Assembly: GCA_028289585.1 (NCBI GenBank)
Contig: JANQPI010000035.1
Coordinates: 30,717-94,716, forward strand
Source of the DNA: Candidatus Zixiibacteriota bacterium
GTDB lineage: Bacteria; Zixibacteria; MSB-5A5; GN15; FEB-12
Direction: 5' to 3'
DNA: 64,000 nt
Shown in pieces: positions 52,871-61,016 of this stretch. The notes below the pieces were generated by a model. That model ran no database searches and had not been told where the DNA came from. It saw nothing but the letters and a program-made list of their open reading frames with translations. The position numbers were made by a program, and so were the translations under genes. Numbering within the stretch: position 1 is the first letter of the stretch; each line of letters begins with the position of its first letter.

Positions 52871-54279
52871 AGCACGCCGTCCTGATTGTAGACGACGATC
52901 CGTTTGTAAATGAATTCGTAACTGAGGCCTTAACGCGACTCGGCTATGAAACCGAATCAGTCCTGAGCGGTGAAGATGCTCTCGTCGCGATGGATGACCG
53001 AGAATTCGATATCGTTCTGACCGACCTCAAGATGGGGGGGATGGACGGTCTGGAGCTGTTGCGATCGATTCGACGGCGTGATGCTCAGGCGATAGTTATG
53101 ATTATGACCGCTTACGGATCAGTGGAAACTGCCGTACGTGCTGTAAAAGACGGTGCCTACGACTTCCTCATTAAACCGGTGACTCCCGAAACCCTTGAAA
53201 TCAAGCTCGGTCAGGCGGTAGAAACATTGCTGCTCCGCCAGGAAAATCAACAGCTGCGCCAGGATTTGACACATGACTACATGAGCATGATCGGTAAGAG
53301 CGGAGTCATGCGCGAAGTCTATGAAAAGATTCAGGCTGCGGCCACCGCCCGCTCAACCGTGTTGCTGACCGGTGGCTCCGGCACTGGTAAGGAGATGGTA
53401 GCACGTGCGCTGCATTTCGCCTCACCCAGGAGTAACGGTCCGTTCGTGCGCGTCAACTGTGCTGCTCTGCCCGATGAACTGGTCGAATCGATGCTCTTTG
53501 GCCACGAGAAGGGAGCGTTTACGCACGCCTATAAGGCAACGCGTGGGCGCTTTGAGGTTGCCGACGGCGGTACGATCCTGCTCGACGAAATCTCCGAGAT
53601 GAATATCAATCTGCAGGGGAAGTTACTTCGCGTTCTGCAGGAGTCTGAGTTTGAGCGGGTCGGTTCGGAGGAGACGATCAAAGTCGATGTCCGGGTCATT
53701 GCGACGTCGAATCGCAATCTGAAAGAATACATCGAGCGCCGTCAATTCCGCGACGACCTGTACTACCGACTGGCGGTTGTGCCGATCCACCTTCCGTCGC
53801 TGGAACAGCGCAAAGAAGATATCCCATTGCTCGTCGACCACTTCGTTCGGAAGTACAACGCCGAGAATGGTCGTTCGGTCAAGGGCCTGACGCGGGGGGC
53901 ATTGAACCTCTTTGCCGGCTATCATTGGCCGGGCAACGTCCGGGAGCTGGAGAACGTCATTGAGGGAGCGATCGTCATGGCTCGCGATGAGTGGCTAACC
54001 GAGGACGACTTCCCAATGGAAATGTCTCTCGGACGTGTCGCTGACCACGCGCCAAGCTTTGAAGTTCCGCTGACCATCAAAGAAGGGAATCGGTTCCTCG
54101 TTCTCAAGACGCTCGAGTTCACCAACAATAATCGTACCGAGGCGGCCCGACGACTGGGCATCACCACTCGAACCCTGCGCAATTGGCTTAACGAGTGGGG
54201 AATGGGAGCCGGGGGCGGGGATTCCGATGATGAGGAGGAGGAATCGGCCGGTACCGACCGAGCCGGTTCTGCCGCCTGA
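52867..54279 (+). CDS. Sigma-54-dependent response regulator (NtrC/FleR/FlrC type)
   Basis: ATGA overlap with the kinase gene. REC (VLIVDDDPFV...IVLTDLKMGGMDGLELL), GGSGTGKE, GHEKGAFTHA, Fis-type HTH (TEAARRLGITTRTLRNWL), acidic tail. Confidence 0.92.
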   Translation: MKHAVLIVDDDPFVNEFVTEALTRLGYETESVLSGEDALVAMDDREFDIVLTDLKMGGMDGLELLRSIRRRDAQAIVMIMTAYGSVETAVRAVKDGAYDFLIKPVTPETLEIKLGQAVETLLLRQENQQLRQDLTHDYMSMIGKSGVMREVYEKIQAAATARSTVLLTGGSGTGKEMVARALHFASPRSNGPFVRVNCAALPDELVESMLFGHEKGAFTHAYKATRGRFEVADGGTILLDEISEMNINLQGKLLRVLQESEFERVGSEETIKVDVRVIATSNRNLKEYIERRQFRDDLYYRLAVVPIHLPSLEQRKEDIPLLVDHFVRKYNAENGRSVKGLTRGALNLFAGYHWPGNVRELENVIEGAIVMARDEWLTEDDFPMEMSLGRVADHAPSFEVPLTIKEGNRFLVLKTLEFTNNNRTEAARRLGITTRTLRNWLNEWGMGAGGGDSDDEEEESAGTDRAGSAA

Positions 54280-54303
54280 TCTGCTCAGAGACTGACCAGA
54301 CCT

Positions 54304-54311
54304 GCCGATAA
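54304..54311 (+). promoter_or_regulatory. Sigma-28 (FliA)-type -10 box GCCGATAA upstream of motA; no convincing -35
   Basis: An 8/8 match to the GCCGATAA -10 consensus, 60 nt before the motA ATG. The region expected to hold TAAA reads TCAG. Confidence 0.25.
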
Positions 54312-54371
54312 CTACTCGTAGTAGCCGGCCGATACGACATCGGCGGGCCGGGAAAGCTACGGACGGTTCGG

Positions 54372-55139
54372 ATGGATCTGGCAACCCTTATCGGTCTCAT
54401 CGTTGCCTTCGGCGCGGTCGGCGGCGGCTTCCTGATGGAAGGCGGCTCGCTTGATGCGCTCGTCCTGTTGCCTCCGATTATTATCGTCGTGGGTGGCACT
54501 CTCGGCGCGACGATGGTGACAACATCCTTCGGCACCGTGGTTCGTGCGCCGCTCTATCTCCGCCTCGCTTTCTTCAGCAAAGCCCCTAATCGGGCAGCAA
54601 CGATTGATCAGATCACCCGCCTCGCCGAGAAAGCGCGACGGGAGGGTATTCTGGGTCTGGAGACCGATCTTAAGAAGATTCGGCACCCGTTCTTTCACAA
54701 AGCGATCCAGCTGCTGATCGATGGCACCGAGGTGACGGTCCTTCGTGAAATTCTCGAAACCGAAATTGCCTATATCGAAGAACGTCACCGTAAAGGAATC
54801 GTCTTTTTCCAAAAAGCGGGTGGCTTTGCGCCTACGTTGGGAATCCTTGGCACGGTCATGGCGCTCGTGCACACGTTGGGCAACATGGAAGACGCCGGCA
54901 CGATGGCTCGATCGATTGCGACGGCGTTCATTGCTACCTTGTGGGGCGTAGGCACCGCAAACCTCTTCTTCCTCCCCATCGCCGACAAGCTTGTCATGCG
55001 GCACGAAGAAGAAGCCGCTCATCTGGAGCTGATTGTCGAAGGGATCGTTTCGATTCAATCGGGTGACAACCCGCGCAATGTCCGGACGCGACTTCTGTCG
55101 TTTGTTTCACCCGAACAGCGTTCGATTCCGCGGAGATAG
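54372..55139 (+). CDS. motA: Flagellar stator protein MotA (MotA/TolQ/ExbB channel family)
   Basis: MDLATLIGLIVAFGAVGGGFLMEGG. C-terminal channel helices ATLWGVGTANLFFLPIADKL. Confidence 0.92.
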   Translation: MDLATLIGLIVAFGAVGGGFLMEGGSLDALVLLPPIIIVVGGTLGATMVTTSFGTVVRAPLYLRLAFFSKAPNRAATIDQITRLAEKARREGILGLETDLKKIRHPFFHKAIQLLIDGTEVTVLREILETEIAYIEERHRKGIVFFQKAGGFAPTLGILGTVMALVHTLGNMEDAGTMARSIATAFIATLWGVGTANLFFLPIADKLVMRHEEEAAHLELIVEGIVSIQSGDNPRNVRTRLLSFVSPEQRSIPRR

Positions 55140-55142
55140 TCG

Positions 55143-55910
55143 ATGCGTCGCCGTCGCCGCCCGACCGGGGGTAACGATAATTTCGAGCGCTGGTTGCTTA
55201 CCTATGCTGACTTGATCACGTTGCTGCTCGCATTTTTCATCGTGATGTATTCAATGTCGTCAGTCGACGACAAGAAGTTCGACCAGGTCACGAGTGCGCT
55301 CAATGGCGTTCTCAAAGGCGGAAAAAGCCTGATTGAACGCGAGGGAACAATTCCCTCGGAACGACGGGCCGGTCGCGGGATTATTCATCTCGGCAATCTT
55401 GACATGATTCGCGAACGGATCGATCAGCGCTTCTCACGTTTGCAGCGCCGTGACGAAATCGAAACCGAGATCACGGAACGGGGACTTGTCATTCACGTGC
55501 TCGAATCAGCACTTTTTGCTGAGGGAGAGGCTGAGTTGCAGCCACGCGCGCAGGAAGTGCTCGATCTGATCGCCACCGAGCTCGTTGGCATTCCCAATCA
55601 CGTCCGCGTTGAGGGGCATACCGATGATCGCCCGATCCAAACGCTGGCGTATCCGACCAACTGGGAGCTGTCAGCGTCGCGCGCAACGCGAGTTGTCCGC
55701 TACTACATCGAAAACTTCGAGATCTATCCCGGTCGAATATCTGCCCTCGGATACGGCCGCTACCGCCCGATCGTCCCGAACAATTCGATCGAGAACCGAG
55801 CCCGCAATCGGCGCGTCGATGTCGTTATCCTGACAATGGATTTGACGCTCAAAGAACCCTCGAGCCAGCTCTTCTCTCCCGATTTCGCGGCGGAATCGAA
55901 TTCCCCCTAG
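55143..55910 (+). CDS. motB: Flagellar stator protein MotB (OmpA-like peptidoglycan-binding C-terminus)
   Basis: WLLTYADLITLLLAFFIVMYSMSS contains the plug/TM with the conserved Asp. OmpA-like VEGHTDDRPI...NWELSASRA...NRRVDVVI. Confidence 0.92.
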   Translation: MRRRRRPTGGNDNFERWLLTYADLITLLLAFFIVMYSMSSVDDKKFDQVTSALNGVLKGGKSLIEREGTIPSERRAGRGIIHLGNLDMIRERIDQRFSRLQRRDEIETEITERGLVIHVLESALFAEGEAELQPRAQEVLDLIATELVGIPNHVRVEGHTDDRPIQTLAYPTNWELSASRATRVVRYYIENFEIYPGRISALGYGRYRPIVPNNSIENRARNRRVDVVILTMDLTLKEPSSQLFSPDFAAESNSP

Positions 55911-55972
55911 GGTGGAATGATTAGCCACGTGTCGCTCGCAGACGACTCGCTACTGCACCCCATCTGAGCGAT

Positions 55973-55998
55973 CTAAGTTTCTGTCACACAACGGATAA
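55973..55998 (+). promoter_or_regulatory. Sigma-28-like promoter candidate upstream of flgB (CTAAGTTT-N10-ACGGATAA)
   Basis: 6/8 matches to TAAAGTTT and 6/8 to GCCGATAA, with a spacer of 10 rather than 11. Confidence 0.3.
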
Positions 55999-56016
55999 GC
56001 GTGCTGCCTGAAGACT

Positions 56017-56032
56017 CGGCACGGCATCTGTA
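56017..56032 (+). promoter_or_regulatory. Sigma-54-like -24/-12 candidate upstream of flgB (CGGCAC-N5-CTGTA)
   Basis: The GGCAC -24 box is good. The -12 box reads TGT rather than TGC. It lies 38 nt before the flgB ATG, and a sigma-54 activator gene is 1.7 kb upstream. Confidence 0.3.
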
Positions 56033-56069
56033 CCTACCTTTCGCGTGGAAATCTGTGTGACGGGACAAA

Positions 56070-56480
56070 ATGGATAACGGACTTTCGACATTTCTCTTCA
56101 ACCGGATGCGCATACCGCAGCTCGATCGTTATCTCGATTTGGCCGCGTACCGTCATAAGCTTCTGGCCGGCAACGTCGCGAACGTTGCCACGCCCGGTTA
56201 TCAGGCGCAGGATCTCGACTTTGCGGGTGAATACGAGAAACTGAACAAGTCCGATCGTCCGTTTTCGCTTTCGGTGACGCATCCGAATCACCTTCCCGTT
56301 GGCCAGGACCGCTTTTCACCCAAAGTCCACCGCACCAAAGTCGAGTCATCGGCAATGAACTCGGTCGATATCGATCGCGAAGTAGCGTCGATGGCCCAGA
56401 ACGAACTTCGGTTCACGGTCGCCGCACGATTGCTGCAGCGGAAATTCGACGGCATGCGGTCCGCGATTCAGAGCAAGTAG
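56070..56480 (+). CDS. flgB: Flagellar basal-body rod protein FlgB
   Basis: LDLAAYRHKLLAGNVANVATPGYQAQDL and C-terminal MAQNELRFTVAARLL. Confidence 0.92.
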   Translation: MDNGLSTFLFNRMRIPQLDRYLDLAAYRHKLLAGNVANVATPGYQAQDLDFAGEYEKLNKSDRPFSLSVTHPNHLPVGQDRFSPKVHRTKVESSAMNSVDIDREVASMAQNELRFTVAARLLQRKFDGMRSAIQSK

Positions 56481-56491
56481 GAGCACGGCAG

Positions 56492-56986
56492 ATGGCAGAC
56501 ATGCTCAATTCGATTGATATCTCCGCTCGCGGCTTGACCGTTCAGCGGCAGAAGATGAACACGGTCGCCGAGAACATGGCCAACGCCGAAACGACAGCGA
56601 CCCGCGAAGGCGGACCGTATCGCCGTAAACGCGTTCTCGTTGAGGCCGAACAAGTCCCGGGTGGATTCTCCGGCGAACTGCAACGGGCCAATACGAAACT
56701 CGCAACCACGCACGGCAGCCATCGGCAGGGTAAAGTGACGCAGATCGGGCACCGACAGCAGTTGACTGCTGCCGATCCCGAGGTGGTGCAGGATCCGGCA
56801 TCGTCATTCCGACTCGTCTACGATCCAAGCCATCCCCATGCCGATACTGATGGCTACGTCAAGATGCCGGATGTCGACATCGTCACCGAAATGGTCGACA
56901 TGATGCTCGCTTCCCGGGCCTATGAGGCGAACACGAGTGCGATTAGCACCGCCAAGAAGATGATAAACGACGCGCTTGAGATTTAG
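56492..56986 (+). CDS. flgC: Flagellar basal-body rod protein FlgC
   Basis: IDISARGLTVQRQKMNTVAENMANAETT. C-terminal VDIVTEMVDMMLASRAYEANTSAISTAKKMINDALEI. Confidence 0.93.
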   Translation: MADMLNSIDISARGLTVQRQKMNTVAENMANAETTATREGGPYRRKRVLVEAEQVPGGFSGELQRANTKLATTHGSHRQGKVTQIGHRQQLTAADPEVVQDPASSFRLVYDPSHPHADTDGYVKMPDVDIVTEMVDMMLASRAYEANTSAISTAKKMINDALEI

Positions 56987-57004
56987 TGACAGAAGGAACA
57001 TGAC

Positions 57005-57310
57005 ATGAAAGTCTCGCCTATTGGTGTCCAAACCTATCAGCAGAATCAGCAGCGTCCGACGGTTGAGAATCACAACGATGCATCGTCGTCGGGTACTGTC
57101 CAGCGGGCCGATACGACATCGATACAACCCTCCAAAACTGAACAGTCGTCACGGTTGGCAATTCAGGCTCCGAGCGATCGGACGTACGCTGAAATGTTGA
57201 CCGACAAGGAGCGGGCCGCCCTCGATCTGGTCTTTACCAAATATGCCCACCGGCAGGCCGAGGGATCGGAAGAGACCGGCTTGGGTCAGCAGATTGACGT
57301 CAAGGTGTGA
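57005..57310 (+). CDS. Small Q/S/T-rich hypothetical protein between flgC and fliE
   Basis: 101-aa ORF in the same orientation. Its stop overlaps the fliE start. The N-terminal ~60 aa are low-complexity (QTYQQNQQRPTVENHNDASSSGTVQ). No family recognised. Confidence 0.5.
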   Translation: MKVSPIGVQTYQQNQQRPTVENHNDASSSGTVQRADTTSIQPSKTEQSSRLAIQAPSDRTYAEMLTDKERAALDLVFTKYAHRQAEGSEETGLGQQIDVKV

Positions 57311-57630
57311 TGATGAGTGCTCCTATTGATTCTGGTGTCCGAATTGTCCCGGGGCTCCTTGAGCGGGTGCAACCGAAGCCAACCGACGCGTCGGTAGCGG
57401 CTGACGATGAGGGGGGCTTTGCCTCGCTCGTTCAGGATTTTGTCCAGACCGTGAATACGGCTCAACATGACTCGGCGGCGATGCAGGAAGCGTTGCTGAC
57501 CGGTCAGCCGGTCGAGCTCCACGACGTAATGATCGAGGCGGAGAAAGCCGGTGTGACTATGGATTTGCTGCTGGAGATTCGAAACCGCCTGGTGACGGCA
57601 TACAACGACATCATGCGGATGCCGTTGTAA
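57310..57630 (+). CDS. fliE: Flagellar hook-basal body complex protein FliE
   Basis: FASLVQDFVQTVNTAQHDSAAMQEALLTGQPVELHDVMIEAEKAGVTMDLLLEIRNRLVTAYNDIMRMPL. The start is one of GTG 57307, ATG 57310 or ATG 57313. Confidence 0.9.
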   Translation: MMSAPIDSGVRIVPGLLERVQPKPTDASVAADDEGGFASLVQDFVQTVNTAQHDSAAMQEALLTGQPVELHDVMIEAEKAGVTMDLLLEIRNRLVTAYNDIMRMPL

Positions 57631-57716
57631 GACGGACTCGATGATCTGTCGCGACACCGCGGCAGAACAAACGACCGGCTATGGATGGCCGGTTGATGTG
57701 AGGAATAGGATTCGGC

Positions 57717-59300
57717 ATGGACACATTTAAGGCCTTCTTCAAAGGTCTGTCGGACTGGGTCGGTCGAATGACCCCAAGCCAGGTGATGATGCTGCTTGGC
57801 CTTTCGGCCGGTAGCATCGTCGGAGCTGTCATGCTCTTCGGCTGGGTGAATTCGGTCACCTACTCTCGGTTGTACGCCAATCTGGATGCTGCCGAGGCCG
57901 GTGAAGTTGTCAACTGGCTCAACGATAATCAAATCCCCTATCAGCTGAGTGACAATGGCAGTTCGATAGATATTCCTCAGGATGATGTCTATCGGGCTCG
58001 CCTTTCTCTCGCTGCCGAGGGACTGCCGCGAGGTGGTACGGTCGGGTATTCCGTCTTTGACCAGAACAATCTCGGTATGACCGATTTTCTTCAGAATCTC
58101 AATTTCCGGCGCGCACTTGAGGGAGAGCTGACCCGGACAATCATGCAGTTGAAAGAGGTCCAGGCTGCTCGCGTCCATATCGTGATGCCTAAAGATCGAC
58201 TGTTCAAAGAAGCGCAGGAAGAAGCCACAGCTTCCGTTCTCCTCAAGCTGCGCGGTTCCGGTCGTCTCACGGCCGCTCAGCTCGACGGGATCACACACCT
58301 GGTGTCAGCATCGGTCGAAGGGCTCGAACCACCGAACATTGCAATCATCGATTACAACGGTAATCTACTCTCGGGGGGGAAAGAGGCCGATCCGGTTGCG
58401 GGGCTGACCGCAAATCAGCTCGAAGCGCGCAAGCAGATCGAACAGCACCTGGAGAGCAAGGCACAGACGATGCTCGACCGGGTGCTCGGTCCTAATACCG
58501 CTATCGTTCGCGTAACCGCCGACCTGAATTTCGCTCAACGTGAGCAAACGAGTGAGTCGTTTGATCCCAACCAACAGATCGTTCGCTCCGAAGAGCTCAC
58601 CCGATCCGACAACCAAATGAGCGACAAGCCGGCCGAGGAAGCCGAGTCAACGGAATCAGGCTCCTCGGAAACGACTGTTACCAACTATGAGATCGGCAAG
58701 ACCGTTGCCCATCTCGTTGAAGCAGTGGGATCGATTGAGCGGTTGTCGATTGCTGTCATGGTTGATGGCACGTACGAGGCACCACCGGCAGATGCTGACG
58801 GCGCTGCGGCACCAGTCTATCAGCCGCGAACGCAGGAAGACCTCGATCGCCTGGCGGCGATTGTCAAAAATGCGGTAGGTTTCGACTCACAGCGTAACGA
58901 TGCGATTGAAATGGTTAATGTTCCGTTCAATCAGACAGACCTCGATCTTGATCGTCAAGCGCTCGATTCGATGTATCTCCAGCAGTTCTGGTGGGATGTC
59001 GGTAAGAACGTTGGGCTCGTTCTCCTCGCCGTGTTTGCGCTATTCTGGCTCCGCAAGCGTGCCTCGAAGCTCTTCAAAGCGCTCGGTCAAATTGCCCCGG
59101 CGCCTCGCCCGGCTCCGACTCCCGCTCCAGCCCCGGCGCCGGCCGCGGAGCCAGCTACAGCAGCGGTATCCACTGCTGATGCGTCATTCGGCTCCGCTGA
59201 CCAGCGTCAACCAACGCTCGTTGACCACATGCAGAAAGCCGCCCGGGAACACCCGGATGAGATTGCCAAGGTTATCCGAACGATGATGGCTGACTCCTGA
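57717..59300 (+). CDS. fliF: Flagellar MS-ring protein FliF
   Basis: 527 aa. N-terminal TM, YSRLYANLDAAEAGEVVNWLNDNQIPYQL, RALEGELTRTI, second TM, Pro/Ala-rich linker and a C-terminal FliG-binding tail. Confidence 0.93.
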   Translation: MDTFKAFFKGLSDWVGRMTPSQVMMLLGLSAGSIVGAVMLFGWVNSVTYSRLYANLDAAEAGEVVNWLNDNQIPYQLSDNGSSIDIPQDDVYRARLSLAAEGLPRGGTVGYSVFDQNNLGMTDFLQNLNFRRALEGELTRTIMQLKEVQAARVHIVMPKDRLFKEAQEEATASVLLKLRGSGRLTAAQLDGITHLVSASVEGLEPPNIAIIDYNGNLLSGGKEADPVAGLTANQLEARKQIEQHLESKAQTMLDRVLGPNTAIVRVTADLNFAQREQTSESFDPNQQIVRSEELTRSDNQMSDKPAEEAESTESGSSETTVTNYEIGKTVAHLVEAVGSIERLSIAVMVDGTYEAPPADADGAAAPVYQPRTQEDLDRLAAIVKNAVGFDSQRNDAIEMVNVPFNQTDLDLDRQALDSMYLQQFWWDVGKNVGLVLLAVFALFWLRKRASKLFKALGQIAPAPRPAPTPAPAPAPAAEPATAAVSTADASFGSADQRQPTLVDHMQKAAREHPDEIAKVIRTMMADS

Positions 59301-60322
59301 TGGCACAGGTAATTGAATACGAAGAGATGACACCGCTCCAGAAAGCGGCTGTCGCCCTGGTCTCTCTGGGGCCGGAAGTCTCCGCCCATGTTCTGCAGGG
59401 TCTCAAGGAATCGGACCTCGAGAAGATCACGATTGAGATCGCCAACATGCGCGATGTTGCTCCCGAGATCGAGGAAAAGGTCCTTCAGGAATGTCATACG
59501 ATCTTCATGGCGCGACAATACATCTCGCAGGGTGGTGTTGACTTCGCGTCGGAGATTCTTGAAAAAGCTGTCGGTGCCGTTAAGGCACGTGAAATCATGA
59601 GCCGTCTCGAATCAGCGTTCCGAGCTGGCGGTTTCGGTCTGCTCAAGGACATCGATCCGAAGCAGTTATCGAGTTTTCTCAGTAATGAGCATCCGCAGAC
59701 GATCTCACTGATCTTGACGCAGCTTCATCCCAAGCAGGCGGCTGCGGTGCTGAGCGAGTTATCACCCGAGCTGCAAGCGGAAGTGTCGTTGCGGATCGCG
59801 ACGATGGAGAAGATCTCTCCGGAAACGTTGAAAGAGATCGAAGCGACTCTTGAGATGCAGTTTGGCTCATCGGCGAGTCGCGATCTTTCGGTCTCCGGTG
59901 GAGCCAAGGCGATTGCCGGTATCCTCAACCTGATCGAATCATCGGCGGAGAAGAACATTCTGCAGTCTCTTGAAGCCGACGATCCCGACCTGGCAGCAGA
60001 GGTCAAGAACATGATGTTCGTCTTCGATGACCTGATTCTGCTCGACGACCGCTCGATTCAGCGTCTGCTCAAAGAAGTTGAGACCAAGGATCTTTCGATT
60101 GCTTTGAAGGCGACGAGTGATGAAGTCAAAGGCAAGATCTTCTCGAATGTCTCCGAGCGTGTCTCGGTGATGATTCAGGAGGAGATGGAGTTCATGGGTC
60201 CGACGCGACTCTCCGATGTCGAAGCAGCGCAGTCTCGAATCGTTGAGACGGTGCGACGACTCGAAGAGGAAGGTCAGATCATTATCTCCGGTCGGGGCGG
60301 CAAGGAAGAAGTCATTGTCTAG
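59300..60322 (+). CDS. fliG: Flagellar motor switch protein FliG
   Basis: LTPLQKAAVALVSLGPEVSAHVL, EHPQTISLILTQL, MFVFDDLILLDDRSIQRLLKEV, VSVMIQEEME. Confidence 0.95.
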   Translation: MAQVIEYEEMTPLQKAAVALVSLGPEVSAHVLQGLKESDLEKITIEIANMRDVAPEIEEKVLQECHTIFMARQYISQGGVDFASEILEKAVGAVKAREIMSRLESAFRAGGFGLLKDIDPKQLSSFLSNEHPQTISLILTQLHPKQAAAVLSELSPELQAEVSLRIATMEKISPETLKEIEATLEMQFGSSASRDLSVSGGAKAIAGILNLIESSAEKNILQSLEADDPDLAAEVKNMMFVFDDLILLDDRSIQRLLKEVETKDLSIALKATSDEVKGKIFSNVSERVSVMIQEEMEFMGPTRLSDVEAAQSRIVETVRRLEEEGQIIISGRGGKEEVIV

Positions 60323-61016
60323 AATCCTCCGCCATACCAACCGCGGTGGTGCCGTGCTGATTGGCGATCAGCAGACTGATCAGTTAGCGGAGGACAACGC
60401 TGCCGGTTTGCTCGCGCAGTTGTTCCCCAGTGTTTCGTACGTCACCGCTCCCAACGGTGCCCGCCTCATTCCGATTCAGGAAGTGTTTTCGATTCAGCAG
60501 CATTTCGCTGAGGAGTGTGAGCGTGTCCGCAAGGATGCTCACGCCAAAGGCTTCGAGGCTGGACGTCAGGATGGACTAACCGAAGCGCGGACCGTGTTGA
60601 AGCGGTTTGACGCAGCGATCGCCGACGCCGTTCAGGAGCGGGAGCGGCTTCTCAACGAGGCCCGCAGCCGGGTCCTGGCTCTGGTCGAGCAGGTTAGTCG
60701 CAAGGTAACGTTCGATGCGATCGAAATCGATCGCGACGCAACGGCTGAGATGATCAATCGAATCATCGATCAGCTCGTTGATAAGCGGCGTATTACGATC
60801 AAGGTTGCTCCGGATTATCTGCCGATCGTTGAGCAGCACCTGGAACGATTTCTGGGACAATCGACCGCGATCAAGGAACTGACGATTGAAGCTGACCCGC
60901 GAGTCAAGTCGGGCGGGTGTTTCATCGAGACACCAACCGGTGACATTGATGCTCGTATCGAATCGCAGTTCGATGTAATCCACGAAACGCTCAGTGCCCA
61001 TGAGCCGCAGCCATGA
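60315..61016 (+). CDS. fliH: Flagellar assembly protein FliH
   Basis: The position between fliG and fliI. FliH/NtpE-like C-terminus (ARSRVLALVEQVSRKVTFDAIE...GGCFIETPTGDIDARIESQFD). TTG 60315 follows AAGGAAG; the start is uncertain (GTG 60354 is the alternative). Confidence 0.8.
   Translation: MSRILRHTNRGGAVLIGDQQTDQLAEDNAAGLLAQLFPSVSYVTAPNGARLIPIQEVFSIQQHFAEECERVRKDAHAKGFEAGRQDGLTEARTVLKRFDAAIADAVQERERLLNEARSRVLALVEQVSRKVTFDAIEIDRDATAEMINRIIDQLVDKRRITIKVAPDYLPIVEQHLERFLGQSTAIKELTIEADPRVKSGGCFIETPTGDIDARIESQFDVIHETLSAHEPQP

Noticed and set aside
57005-57310. Calling the small flgC-fliE ORF FlgM (anti-sigma-28).
   Set aside because: Only the N-terminal few residues and the disordered character resemble FlgM. 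The conserved C-terminal sigma-28-binding helices are not recognisable, so the ORF is left as hypothetical.
57504-58298. 264-aa minus-strand ORF opposite fliE/fliF. Similar long antisense ORFs lie at 24643-25434, 22802-23533, 11208-12023, 39333-40037, 54357-55058, 27911-28543 and 21973-22728.
   Set aside because: Each one overlaps a confidently identified gene on the other strand and shows no recognisable motifs. All are treated as non-coding shadow frames.
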